A DNA stretch of 64,000 bases, taken from contig OY759316.1 of the NCBI GenBank assembly GCA_963662275.1, forward strand, positions 800,001-864,000, in the 5' to 3' direction. This DNA is from Candidatus Cloacimonadales bacterium (lineage in GTDB: Bacteria; Cloacimonadota; Cloacimonadia; Cloacimonadales; DAONDQ01). How positions within the stretch are numbered: position 1 is the first letter of the stretch; each line of letters begins with the position of its first letter. The translations under genes and the position numbers were made by a program. This document shows, one piece after another, positions 1 to 11,000 of the stretch. Below the pieces are notes generated by a model that was not told where the DNA came from, ran no database searches, and worked only from the letters and a program-made list of their open reading frames with translations.

Positions 1-644
1 TCCCATTTATCCAGGATTGTCTTGAAGGATGGCAGTTTGTCTTTGTGGAATATGCCATCAATTGACCAATATTCGGAAGGAACGAATTTATCGATTTCTT
101 CTTCACGTTCGCAGATGAGACGCAAAGCAACGGACTGCACCCGACCGGCACTCAGGTCTTTTGTGAGAATCTTCCACAACACGGGGCTAACTGTGTAGCC
201 AACGATTCTATCAAGAATACGTCTTGCCTGTTGTGAATCCACCTTATCCTGGTCAATCTGACCGGGATGTTCCAAAGCTTGGACGATAGCAGTTTTTGTG
301 ATCTCATTGAAAGTGATGCGGAAGACTGGTTTATTTCCAATTTCCTTCTTCAAAATATAAGCCAGATGCCAGGATATAGCTTCTCCTTCACGGTCATGGT
401 CTGATGCAAAGTAGATAGTTTCAGCATCGAGAGCTGCTTTTTTTAGTTCATCAATGATCTTCTTTTTCTTCGTATCCACGACATACTTAGCTTTGAAATG
501 GTTCTCAACATCAACTCCAAGCTCTTTTTGGGGAAGGTCACGTACATGTCCCATTGAAGCTTTAATGATATACTTGTGTTCAAGAAACTTGCTGATCGTA
601 CTTGCTTTTGCCGGTGATTCGACAATGATAAGCCCTTTTGACAT
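1..644 (-). CDS. topA: DNA topoisomerase I, N-terminal part (runs off the window edge)
   Basis: Manual translation from ATG at 644: MSKGLIIVESPAKASTISKFL...ASMGHVRDLP...ASDHDREGEAISWHL...QQARRILDRIVGY...LSAGRVQSVAL, the TOPRIM/type IA motifs. Absent from the ORF track because no stop falls in the window. Confidence 0.95.
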   Translation of the reverse strand, partial: MSKGLIIVESPAKASTISKFLEHKYIIKASMGHVRDLPQKELGVDVENHFKAKYVVDTKKKKIIDELKKAALDAETIYFASDHDREGEAISWHLAYILKKEIGNKPVFRITFNEITKTAIVQALEHPGQIDQDKVDSQQARRILDRIVGYTVSPVLWKILTKDLSAGRVQSVALRLICEREEEIDKFVPSEYWSIDGIFHKDKLPSFKTILDKW

Positions 645-662
645 TATATAACTTCCTTAGTT

Positions 663-3600
663 TTAATCTTCTGAATTCATATGCTCCATCTTACCGCAGC
701 ATTTTTTATATTTCTTCCCGCTCCCGCAAGGGCAGGGGTCATTTCTTCCTACTTTTAGTTCAGCACGTACGGGAGTTCCTTTCGGTAGTTCCTGTCCATC
801 ATCTATGGGTTGAGATACATGTGTCGTCTGGTACGCTGATATTTCTGAATGATCTGTTCTCGCTTGAGCCAGCATATTCTGCATTTGCTCCTGTGTGAGA
901 ATATATGTTGTAAACACTTTTCGTGCCACATTTTGTTGAATCCTGCCAATCAGGCTTTCGAACAGGTCAAGGCTCTCTTTCTTGTATTCAATGAGAGGGT
1001 CTTTATTGGCATAGGCTCGTAAACCAATACCGTCCTTGAGTAAGTCCATCTCATGCAGGTGATCACGCCATTCGTCATCAACAACATCCAGCATGACTCT
1101 TCTTTCAATCTCACGAAGCATTTCTGAGCCTAACTCCACTTCGCGCTTCTGATAAGCTTCCATCATGAACTCTTCAATGGAGGCGGCAACACCCTCAGGG
1201 GTTTGTCTTCCTGACATAGCCACTTCGGCTGTTAAATCCACATCGCAATTAGACCTGAACCAGTTGATGAGTTTATCAAGAGGCCATTCTTCAGGGAAAA
1301 CACCTTCCGGTATCGTTGTTTCTACAAGACCCCAGATCGTTTCCTTGATCATTTCCTTGATGTTATCCTGCAGGTCATAACCTTTCAGTACATTGCGACG
1401 ATAGGAATAGATGACTTCACGCTGCTGATTCATTACTTCATCATATTTGATGAGTTGTTTACGGATATCGAAGTTATGCTCTTCCACCCGACGTTGGGCT
1501 TTTTCAACGGCACTGGTCATCCAGGGATGCATAATCGCCTCCCCTTCCTTTACACCAAACTTTATAAGCATAGGGGCAATACGATCTGAACCGAAAAGTC
1601 GCATCAGGTCATCTTCCAGCGATAAATAGAAACGAGATGTACCAGGATCGCCCTGGCGACCTGCACGACCACGCAACTGACGGTCAATACGTCTGCTTTC
1701 ATGGCGTTCACTGCCGATCACATGCAAACCATCAAGTGGTTTACCATATTCGAATTCTGATGTTATCTTCCATGGATCATCCAGGTAAAATTCCTTATCG
1801 TTCGTCACAACTGTCTCACCGAGTTTGATATCAGTTCCACGACCAGCCATATTGGTAGCAATCGTGACAGCTTTAGCATGTCCTGCTTCACGGATAATTT
1901 CTGCTTCCCGTTCATGATTCTTAGCATTCAGGATGTTATGATCAATCTTCTTTCTTCTCAGGAGACGACTCAGGGTTTCGGAAACTTCTACTGAGACTGT
2001 ACCGACGAGAACAGGCTTACCTCTTTCATACCAATAAGCTATTTCATCGATAATGGCATTGTATTTTTCACTTTTAGTAAGATAAATTACATCTTCATGG
2101 TCATGTCTGGAAACTGGGCGATTCGTGGGAATTGGAAGCACCGGAAGATGGTAAATTTCCATAAATTCCGACTCTTCAGTCACAGCAGTACCGGTCATAC
2201 CTGCCAGTTTATCAAACATACGGAAGTAATTCTGCAGGGTAATTGTGGCAAATGTTTGAGTTCCTCCCTCAATTTTGACATTTTCCTTGGCTTCAAGAGC
2301 CTGGTGCAAGCCATCACTGAACCTGCGCCCCGGCATCATTCTACCGGTAAATTCATCCACAATGACGACCTGGTTATCGTTGATCACATAATCCACGTCT
2401 TTTTCAAAGAGGGAATAGGCTTTCAGGAGTTGTGCTATATTATGCAATTTCTCGGTTTTATCGAGAAAATGATTGGTAACGGATTCCTTTTTCATGGTTT
2501 TCTGTTCAGGTGTGAGACCTGGATTTTCATCCACTTCTGTTAACATATCGTCCAAGCTATTCAGTAGAAACAAGTCAGGATCAGATTTGGACAGGAAATC
2601 CCTGCCTTTTTCAGCCAGATCAGCGCTATTCTGCTTTTCTTCGATCACATAGAATAGCTCTCCATCGAGTTCTGTCATCTTTTTGTCTCGAAGATAGTAG
2701 CCTTCAGTATCATTTACCAGTTTCTTCAGATCACCTTCCTGCATCATTTTCAGGAATGCCTTGCTTCTTGGAGCTGCCCTGGAAACCAGTAATAGATTCT
2801 TGGCAATCATGTCATAGTCAGGCTTATCTGCAGTCAATGCTTGACGCACTTCAGATAATAAACGATTCGTAAGAACATTCTGCATACCCACTAATTGAAC
2901 GAGAGGTGCGCGAAGTTCGTCATAGAAATTCTTGTCCTGCGTTATCGGACCGCTGATAATCAAAGGTGTACGTGCTTCGTCAACGAGAATGCTATCCACT
3001 TCATCAACGATGGCATAATAGAATTCACGCTGCACAACCTGTTCAATGCTGGTTGCCATGTTATCACGAAGATAGTCGAAACCGAATTCACTGTTCATTC
3101 CATAGGTCACATCACAGCTATATGCTGCCTTGCGTTCATCGAAGTCCATTCGGGTAATGATGACGCCAACGGTCAGACCGTGGAAGGCAAAGATTGGACC
3201 CATCCACTCTGAGTCACGTTGAGCGAGGTAATCATTCACTGTCACGAGATGTACATTCCGACCGGTCAAGGCATTGAGGAATAGTGGCAGGACTGCCACA
3301 AGGGTCTTTCCTTCACCTGTTGCCATTTCTGTGATCATACCCTTATGAAGGGCAATTGCACCGATGAGTTGAACATCAAAGGGAACCATATCCCATTCCG
3401 TTTCATGACCGCGCACATCATATTTCATACCCAACATGCGCCTGCATGTATCTTTTATTATGGCATACACTTCCGGGAGATATTCATCCAGGATTTCCTG
3501 GACTTGTGGTTTCGATTTCTTCTTCAAAGCATCCATTTCATTGCCGATGATGGTCTGTTCCCGCTCATCAGGTTCTTTCTGGTAGGCTTCTTTTAGTTTA

Positions 3601-3797
3601 TCTATTGTGTCAAAAATATCCTGGACTTTTCCCTCAATCTCTGCTCTGATCACTTGGATACGATCACGTAATTCATCATCACTCTTAGCTTCCAAGGTGG
3701 GATATATCTCTAGAATATCATCCACATACGGCTGCAGTTTCTTGAGTTCTTTCACTGATGGGTCGCCAAACAATTGGCGTAACACTTTTTCAAACAT
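663..3797 (-). CDS. secA: Preprotein translocase ATPase SecA
   Basis: MATGEGKT, IVDEVDSILVDEARTP, ATNMAGRGTDI, ERHESRRIDRQLRGRAGRQGDPG and C-terminal SEC-C motif CPCGSGKKYKKCC. Confidence 0.99.
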   Translation of the reverse strand: MFEKVLRQLFGDPSVKELKKLQPYVDDILEIYPTLEAKSDDELRDRIQVIRAEIEGKVQDIFDTIDKLKEAYQKEPDEREQTIIGNEMDALKKKSKPQVQEILDEYLPEVYAIIKDTCRRMLGMKYDVRGHETEWDMVPFDVQLIGAIALHKGMITEMATGEGKTLVAVLPLFLNALTGRNVHLVTVNDYLAQRDSEWMGPIFAFHGLTVGVIITRMDFDERKAAYSCDVTYGMNSEFGFDYLRDNMATSIEQVVQREFYYAIVDEVDSILVDEARTPLIISGPITQDKNFYDELRAPLVQLVGMQNVLTNRLLSEVRQALTADKPDYDMIAKNLLLVSRAAPRSKAFLKMMQEGDLKKLVNDTEGYYLRDKKMTELDGELFYVIEEKQNSADLAEKGRDFLSKSDPDLFLLNSLDDMLTEVDENPGLTPEQKTMKKESVTNHFLDKTEKLHNIAQLLKAYSLFEKDVDYVINDNQVVIVDEFTGRMMPGRRFSDGLHQALEAKENVKIEGGTQTFATITLQNYFRMFDKLAGMTGTAVTEESEFMEIYHLPVLPIPTNRPVSRHDHEDVIYLTKSEKYNAIIDEIAYWYERGKPVLVGTVSVEVSETLSRLLRRKKIDHNILNAKNHEREAEIIREAGHAKAVTIATNMAGRGTDIKLGETVVTNDKEFYLDDPWKITSEFEYGKPLDGLHVIGSERHESRRIDRQLRGRAGRQGDPGTSRFYLSLEDDLMRLFGSDRIAPMLIKFGVKEGEAIMHPWMTSAVEKAQRRVEEHNFDIRKQLIKYDEVMNQQREVIYSYRRNVLKGYDLQDNIKEMIKETIWGLVETTIPEGVFPEEWPLDKLINWFRSNCDVDLTAEVAMSGRQTPEGVAASIEEFMMEAYQKREVELGSEMLREIERRVMLDVVDDEWRDHLHEMDLLKDGIGLRAYANKDPLIEYKKESLDLFESLIGRIQQNVARKVFTTYILTQEQMQNMLAQARTDHSEISAYQTTHVSQPIDDGQELPKGTPVRAELKVGRNDPCPCGSGKKYKKCCGKMEHMNSED

Positions 3798-3907
3798 AGT
3801 TCTTCCCTATTTTAGTTTGAGTCAAATTAGAATAGGGAGGTGGTGTGTCAATCAATTTGAAAGTTCGAAGTGCGAAGTTCGAAGCTCGAAGTGAAGAGCA
3901 GAGCTTG

Positions 3908-5220
3908 TTTCCCTCCCTTTGGATAACCATGGAAATTCCCCCTTGGGAAGGGGGGTAGGGGGGTCTTCTGCTCTTACTGAAACCTGGCATCTAAAATCTG
4001 GTACCTTCCGCTCCGCTCTTCTCCTACAAGCTGCAACCTAGAACCTACAACCTTTTGCAAGATTCCAGAAGCTCCGCATCTGGCTATTGGATATTGTCAT
4101 TCCATGACAACGACATTGCATACGTCTTGTTGCAATTAAATAGCATATTTATCAAATTGATCATTTCCCTCCGTTACATCGGAGATGTAATATCCGATAG
4201 CCAGAGATGGAAACGATTGGGAACAAATGGAACGATGGTATCGTTTTATTCCAAATCATCCTTAGGATGATATTGAAAATCATGCTTTTTTAAAAAGCAT
4301 TCATATTCTTCTTCGCTTGTTCTTTTGCAGTGATGGCAATTCCAGTTTCTCAAACTCTCCGACCTGAAGGTCACCTCCCTTTATCCAAAGGGAGGAATAA
4401 TTCCGCATCCTCTCTGGTCTCCCTCCCTTTGGATGAAGACCATGCTGACTGTCTGATTTCCCTCCCTTTGGATAAAGCATGCTGACTGTCTGATTTCCCT
4501 CCCTTTGGATAAAGCATGCTGACTGTCTGATTTCCCTCCCTTTGGATAAAGCATGCTGACTGACTGATTTCCCTCCCTTTGGATAAAGCATGCTGACTGT
4601 CTGATTTCCCTCCCTTTGGATAACCATGGAAATCCCCCCTTGGGAAGGGGGGTAGGGGGGTCTTCTGCTCTTCCTGAAACCTGGCATCTAAAATCTGGTA
4701 CCTTCCGCTCCGCTCTTCTCCTACAAGCTGCAACCTAGAACCTACAACCTTTTGCAAGATTCCAGAAGCTCCGCATCTGGCTATTGGATATTGTCATTCC
4801 ATGACAACGACATTGCATACGTCTTGTTGCAATTAAATAGTATATTTATCAAATTGATCATTTCCCTCCGTTACATCGGAGATGTAATATCCGATAGCCA
4901 GAGATGGAAACGATTGGGAACAAATGGAACGATGGTATCGTTTTATTCCAAATCATCCTTAGGATGATATTGAAAATCATGCTTTTTTAAAAAGCATTCA
5001 TATTCTTCTTCGCTTGTTCTTTTGCAGTGATGGCAATTCCAGTTTCTCAAACTCTCCGACCTGAAGGTCACCTCCCTTTATCCAAAGGGAGGAATAATTC
5101 CGCATCCTCTCTGGTCTCCCTCCCTTTGGATGAAGACCATGCTGACTGTCTGATTTCCCTCCCTTTGGATGAAGACCATGCTGACTGTCTGATTTCCCTC
5201 CCTTTGGATAAAGGGAGGGG
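3908..5220. repeat. 697-bp tandem duplication (3908-4604 and 4605-~5210) containing REP-like hairpins and a 37-bp tandem array
   Basis: Offset is exactly 697 (identical ORFs at 4055 and 4752), with at least 3 substitutions between copies. The 37-bp unit TTTCCCTCCCTTTGGATAAAGCATGCTGACTGTCTGA starts at 4457, 4494, 4531 and 4568, with a partial unit at 4605. Hairpin CTCCCTTT-ATCC-AAAGGGAG. Confidence 0.95.
4246..4350 (-). pseudogene. C-terminal remnant of an IS200-like/Y1 (HUH) transposase; second copy at 4943-5047
   Basis: Manual translation RNWNCHHCKRTSEEEYECFLKKHDFQYHPKDDLE* resembles the HHxKxTFxEEYxxFLKK...Y tail of IS200-like TnpA. No N-terminal part or start codon. Confidence 0.6.
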
Positions 5221-5360
5221 TTAGGGGAGAGTTTGATTCTCTGCACTTCTCATTCTGAACTAGCACCTAATACCTAGTACCTAGAACCTTCTGCAAATCC
5301 CTCTCCATCCTTGACAAAAACCCCTACTACCCAGTCCTCTCAATCAGGAGACTTTATTCA

Positions 5361-6137
5361 ATGAAGAGAATAGAAACACACTTGGATATTAAAACCATGC
5401 CGGAGGTTATAAAGCCATTCATCAGAAATGTACGGATATATAACAGCAGTTGTTCAGAGGCTGCTCAAACTTACTATATCGAGGGATCTGTGCGAGCATT
5501 CTTAAAGATAAGCAGCGGAAGTAAGCTATACAGGGAAAGTGTCATGACAGAGTTTTTCCATTGTCATGGACTAGCTCCGGCTGTGCTGGGCTATGTCACT
5601 GATAATGGACAGGATTATTTACTTACCGAAGCTCTCACCGGAGAGGATGGTATCTCGGGAAGGCATATGGAAGAGTCATACCGGCTTGCAGAAGAATTTG
5701 GCAACTACCTGAAGCTGATACATAGCCTTCCTGTACTGGATTGTCCGGTAAAAAACAGAACAGCAGAGATGCTATTGGAAGCTGAAGGGAATATCACTAG
5801 GCAGTATTGCGACCGTGAGATAATCATAGAAAGCATGGATACAGCTTCAGAAACTTTCGGGAAATTGAAGCACCTGGCTCAGGCAGATACCGTGATTCAC
5901 GGCGACTATTGCCTGCCCAATATCATCATGCAGGATTACTGCTTGAGCGGATTTGTTGACCTGGGAAATGGTGGCGTTGGAGACAGTCATTACGATCTGT
6001 TCTGGGGTATCTGGACGCTGAAATATAACTTTCAAACGGATCAGTATGCAGATACATTCGTCAATGCCTATGGCAGGGATAAAGTTGATTGGGACAGGCT
6101 GGAGTTGTGCCGGCTGCTGGCAGGACTGACAGAATAA
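5361..6137 (+). CDS. Aminoglycoside 3'-phosphotransferase (APH(3')) family kinase
   Basis: FLK in the N-lobe, catalytic HGDYCLPNII, metal-binding FVDLG, then GVGD..YDL. RBS AGGAG upstream. Confidence 0.85.
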   Translation: MKRIETHLDIKTMPEVIKPFIRNVRIYNSSCSEAAQTYYIEGSVRAFLKISSGSKLYRESVMTEFFHCHGLAPAVLGYVTDNGQDYLLTEALTGEDGISGRHMEESYRLAEEFGNYLKLIHSLPVLDCPVKNRTAEMLLEAEGNITRQYCDREIIIESMDTASETFGKLKHLAQADTVIHGDYCLPNIIMQDYCLSGFVDLGNGGVGDSHYDLFWGIWTLKYNFQTDQYADTFVNAYGRDKVDWDRLELCRLLAGLTE

Positions 6138-6581
6138 AATTAAAAATTAAAAATTAAAGATTAAAAATTGGCAGAGAAGAACACAAGGAATTGAAGATTT
6201 AAGATTGAAAATTTAAGATTTAAGATTGGCAGAGCAAATATGAGCAGTGCAGAAGAGGCTATAAATCGACAAATAAGTCTGCTATAAAATTAAATAAGTT
6301 TCATCTAGGCATTATCTAGGGATCATCTAGGGATCATCTAGACTTTCTTAGATTCTCTTAGGAAAATGCTTTATTCTTATCTTTTTTCATCTTTTTTTGT
6401 ATTAAAAGAGATATCCTTATGGCACATGAACCGCTCCTAAGTCAGATAGTAACAGCTACTAGTCAGATCCTAATCAGCTCCTAACCAGCTCCTAAAGTAT
6501 TTTAAACATTCGTTACGATCTTTTGATGATATATTTAGTTTCTAATCTCTTCGTCATTCAAGAGCCAGTCAGGTGGGTTCA

Positions 6582-6913
6582 TTTCGTATCTCGGTTTGTT
6601 AAGCCGTTAATTGGAAGGGCTGTTAGCCCTGGATTTCGTATCTCGGTTTGTTAAGCCGTTAATTGGAAGGGCTGTTAGCCCTGGATCTCGTATCTCGGTT
6701 TGTTAAGCCATTAATGGAAGGGCTGTTAGCCCTGGATTCTATTCGTATCTCGGTTTGTTAAGCCGTTAATGGAAGAGCTGTTAGCCCTGGATTCTATTCA
6801 TATCTCGGTTTGTTAAGCTACAAGAAGAATAACGGGGGATAACATCCCCTCTTTTAACGGCTTAACAATCCGTGATACGAAACAAGCCGAGATACGAAAC
6901 AAGCCGTGATACG
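6582..6913. repeat. REP array 3' of the RAYT gene: about 5 units of 52-56 bp plus an inverted terminal unit
   Basis: Unit TTTCGTATCTCGGTTTGTTAAGCCGTTAATTGGAAGGGCTGTTAGCCCTGGA at 6582, 6634, 6686, ~6742 and ~6797 (partial). Each full unit holds two hairpins. Confidence 0.95.
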
Positions 6914-6914
6914 A

Positions 6915-7577
6915 TTATAATAGCATCTGTTCAGTGATTTCTGGAGCAACCCATGTATATTGCCAATCCTGGTATTTACTCACCAAATTCGCCTTAACAG
7001 GATTTTGCTTAATGTAGGTTACAATTCTAAAGAACTCATTTTCATCTCTAACCAGATGATCATATGATTCACTGTTCCAGAAAGCACCTTCACGGTTCAA
7101 TAACTGGTTAATTTTTCTGGCAGTATATCCCTTCCATGTTTGTGTAATGGAAGGTAGCGTTTTTTTATAATCGATGGGATTTACATACGGCGTGATTAAA
7201 ACATGCACATGATTTGGCATAATACAAAATGCATGTAAGTAGTATTTTTTGTTGTTATTGAAGTGCATAGATTCCTGCACGATATCAGCAATATCCAGTT
7301 GTTTCAACAATTCAGGATACTCTCTTGAAATTCCAACTTGCTGATCAATCCAGTCAAAGACCTTTTTATGATAATTGTAAGCCAGCATTGATTTGTATTC
7401 CTGTGTTAGAGTTTTACATGATTGCTCGAATTCCATTCTCATATCGTATAAGTGGTTTTTAATTAATGGTGATAATTCGAATTTCATGTGCCATGTGATG
7501 AAGATCGGATGGTTTTGTTGAAATAAATGCGGAAGACGGCGCTTGTAGAAGAAAGATACAGATTCCAGGTCTAACAT
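6915..7577 (-). CDS. REP-associated tyrosine transposase (RAYT/TnpA-REP, HUH Y1 family)
   Basis: RRLPH, FITW, HUH motif FCIMPNHVHVL, W...YDHLVRDE and catalytic Tyr in YIKQNPVKA. Flanked by REP arrays; RBS GGAGG. Confidence 0.93.
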   Translation of the reverse strand: MLDLESVSFFYKRRLPHLFQQNHPIFITWHMKFELSPLIKNHLYDMRMEFEQSCKTLTQEYKSMLAYNYHKKVFDWIDQQVGISREYPELLKQLDIADIVQESMHFNNNKKYYLHAFCIMPNHVHVLITPYVNPIDYKKTLPSITQTWKGYTARKINQLLNREGAFWNSESYDHLVRDENEFFRIVTYIKQNPVKANLVSKYQDWQYTWVAPEITEQMLL

Positions 7578-7615
7578 GATTACCTCCGAGGTATTGATTT
7601 TTTTAGATTTAGGAA

Positions 7616-7980
7616 TCGGGATAACATCCCATTGATTATCGGCTTACAAGCCGAGATACGAAACTGAGATACGAACATTCAGGGCTAACAGCCCTTCCAT
7701 TATCGGCTTAACAAGCCGAGATACGAAACTGAGATACGAATATTCAGGGCTAACAGCCCTTCCATTATCGGCTTAACAAGCCGAGATACGAAACTGAGAT
7801 ACGAATATTCAGGGCTAACAGCCCTTCCATTATCGGCTTAACAAACCGAGATACGAAACTGAGATACGAATATTCAGGGCTAACAGCCCTTCCACTATCG
7901 GCTTAACAAGCCGAGATACGAAACTGAGATACGAATATTCAGGGCTGTTAGCCTTGGATTTCTTATCTCAGCTAACAGCC
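7616..7980. repeat. REP array 5' of the RAYT gene: about five 65-bp units, inverted relative to most of the left array
   Basis: Unit TATCGGCTTAACAAGCCGAGATACGAAACTGAGATACGAATATTCAGGGCTAACAGCCCTTCCAT at ~7637, 7701, 7766, 7831 and 7896. Confidence 0.95.
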
Positions 7981-8024
7981 ACTACCTATCAAATTTTATT
8001 TCACCGAGACATGACGTCATTCTT

Positions 8025-11000
8025 CTATTTAACTAATACAACTTTCTGAGAAGATTGGTATTTACCAGCGGTCATGTGATAGAAATACACACCACTGCCG
8101 ACTTCTTTCCCGTATTCATCCTGTCCATTCCAGACAACAGAATGGTGACCAGGATTCCATTCCTTTGACGTAAGGGTTTGTAGTTTACGACCTTTAACAT
8201 CATAAATTGTGATATTCACAAAACTTGCTGAAACAAGATCAAAGGAGATATTCGTTTCAGGATTGAATGGATTCGGGTATGCATGATTGAGTTTGGTTGC
8301 AACTGGTATGACATGCGGTGTATTCGGATCACCTTGATCAAGAACCTGAACCATGACCGGTCCAGTGAAATTACTGATTCCGTTTAAATCGATATTTTCA
8401 AGCCAGTAGTAATAGAAATTAGGAGCTATTACGGTAACATCATCAAAGTTGTATGTATGATGAGTGGATGTATTTGTGCCGGTGATAACATCGGTATTCA
8501 AGGTAATTGCGTCACTTAAGTTAGTATTTTGGGAACGTAAGATATTGAAACCGAGATTATCAGTCTCTGACTCAGTTGCCCATTGCAGAGTAACCAATAA
8601 TAGACTTGTTGATGAAATAGCTGTGAAGGAAGACAATTCAACAGGTAAATCCAAATCACTTCCTGTAAGTGTCCAATCTAAACCACCTTTTGTGGCACCG
8701 TTCAAAGTAGTGACACCAAGAACTGTGACAGTACGATACGTACCATGATCAACTGAATTACATGTGGCAACATAATTCCATAGAGATTCTCCGCTAACAT
8801 GATCACGATTGAACACTTCCATATGTGCGGTAGTAGATAATGTGGATGGATATGAAAATGAAATGTCCACTGTTCCGTTGAATGAACCAGTTGTTTCCCA
8901 TGTATGTGCAATGCTTGTAATGCTTCCAACCTGGTGGGTTGTAGAATCTAAACTTACATTTAATGAAGAAATATTATCTGATCCCTGAAAACCAAAATCT
9001 TTGCCGGACAGAGTCAGTACATGGTTGTTCAAAGCTATACTTCCATTGCTAATGATGAGATTTGTGGCAGCTATACTATTGGGTAATGTCACGATATTCC
9101 CAACACCCGGTTCAATAGTCAGTGTATTCACAACGGATGGTATGGAAACTGGAGAAGTCACTGTTTCAATTACATTTGCAGCATTTCCAACATTTCCTCC
9201 GCTTAAAACACCTGTACCAGTATAGATGAATTGATTGGCATCATTATAACTCCCATTCATGATAATATTATAATTTGCCAGTGAAAGAGAGCCTTGGATA
9301 AAAGTAATGTGTTCATTATTATCAACGGTTAATGAGCGATCAAGAGTAAGAGTGTTTCCACTTTCAAGATTAATCGTTATGTTGCCGAGACCTGTACCGG
9401 AAAGTTCGCTTCCTGTCTGCTTATTTATACCGCTATAAATGACTGAATATGGTGAACTTCCCTGGATTGTACCCGTAATGATCCCATTACTTCGTGTAAT
9501 TGTCGAACCACTACCCATTGTTAATGAAGTACCAGCGTTGAAAATGCCGGATACTAAATTGACGTTCCCGTTTGCACTCATTGTTCTTGCTTCACTCAAT
9601 GAGAATGATATTCCGTTAGATGTATTCACTTCGAGGGTTCCTGTGCATAAATCAGGAAAACCCGTACCGCTTACTTGTGTAGAGGTACCATTATATGAAT
9701 AAATAGCACCGAGATTAAAAATACGGCTCGCAGTCTGAACGCTGCCTGATGCCGTTGGATATATCGTAATACCCGATGTGTTAGCGGTTTGTAGGGTAGC
9801 TCCATTGCTGAGAACAAAACTACCAGCACCATTTACATAATTGGTAGCATTGAAAGTGGCTATTCCATTGATTGTTAAGGAATAAGAACCTACATTAAAA
9901 GATCCGGAAGATACTGAGAATGTTCCGTCAACAGCGCATGAACCTGATAAAGTGACTGTGATTGGATTACTAATAGTTAAATTTTGTACATTTGATGGTA
10001 AGCCAGTCCCTGTAAATTGAGCTGTGTTTCCATTATAGATATAATTAGCTCCAGTACTGAGATTTCTGATGGTTGTTTGCACACTTCCAGTATTTCCACT
10101 CGATGCAATACCGGATGTATTCGCAGTTTGAAGAGTAGCTCCACTGTTCAAGACAAAATTTCCTGATCCTGTTACAAAATTGGTGGCATTAAAGATGGCG
10201 AAACCCATTATAGTAAGAGTACTAGATGCAAGAGATAGATTTCCGGATAGTAATTGGCATGAACCCAAAACAGTACATAAAGATGATAGTGTAACATTCG
10301 TCGCATTATTAATGATCAAATCATGTATCGTATTTGGTAAGCCATTCCCTGTAGATTGAGCTAACGTACCATTATAAATATAATTAGCCTGGTTACTGAG
10401 ATTTCTAATGGTTGTTTGAACACTTCCTGTTGATCCGCTTGAAGTAATACCTACCGTATTAGTCGTCTGAAGTGTAGCACCGGCGGCTAGAATAAAACTG
10501 CCTGTTCCGGTAACAAAGTTTGCTGCGTTGAAAATCACAGTTCCATCAATTGTAAGAGTACGTGGAGAAGTGATAGTAACATTTCCTGCACTAAAAGTAA
10601 GTACTCCTTCAACAGTACAATCACCACCCAAGGTGACACTGACAGATGTGCCTGATCTATTGATTGTGAGATTATTTAATGTAGAAACCGAAGGAAGAGT
10701 AACATTTCCTGTACCAGTCACTGAGATATTAGAAGTTGTGCCACCAACTAAAGTACCGGAACCAGAAACGGAACCACCAATAGTCAATGTATTTGAACCG
10801 ATGGCTAATGTTCTAAATAACTGCAGAGTTCCACTGACAGTATATGATCCTGATAAACCGACTCCGCTAATATTGTTGCTGTTTAGGTTCGTGACTGTTG
10901 CCGGTAATCCACTACCTGTTATTTGCGGAGTAGTGCCTAAATAATAGTAAGTGACATTTGAATTAAATGTCCTGGTTCCCGTTGTTTGTATGCAGCCCGT

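Noticed and set aside
4417..4625. CRISPR array with 37-bp repeats
   Set aside because: The repeats are directly head-to-tail with no spacers.
3790..5266. Short ORFs (PPYPPSQGG, IQREGNQTVSM and similar)
   Set aside because: They are translations of repeat DNA in several overlapping frames with no coherent domain.
6582..7980. CRISPR array
   Set aside because: Units are near-identical end to end with no unique spacers, no cas genes are present, and the adjacent RAYT explains them as REPs.
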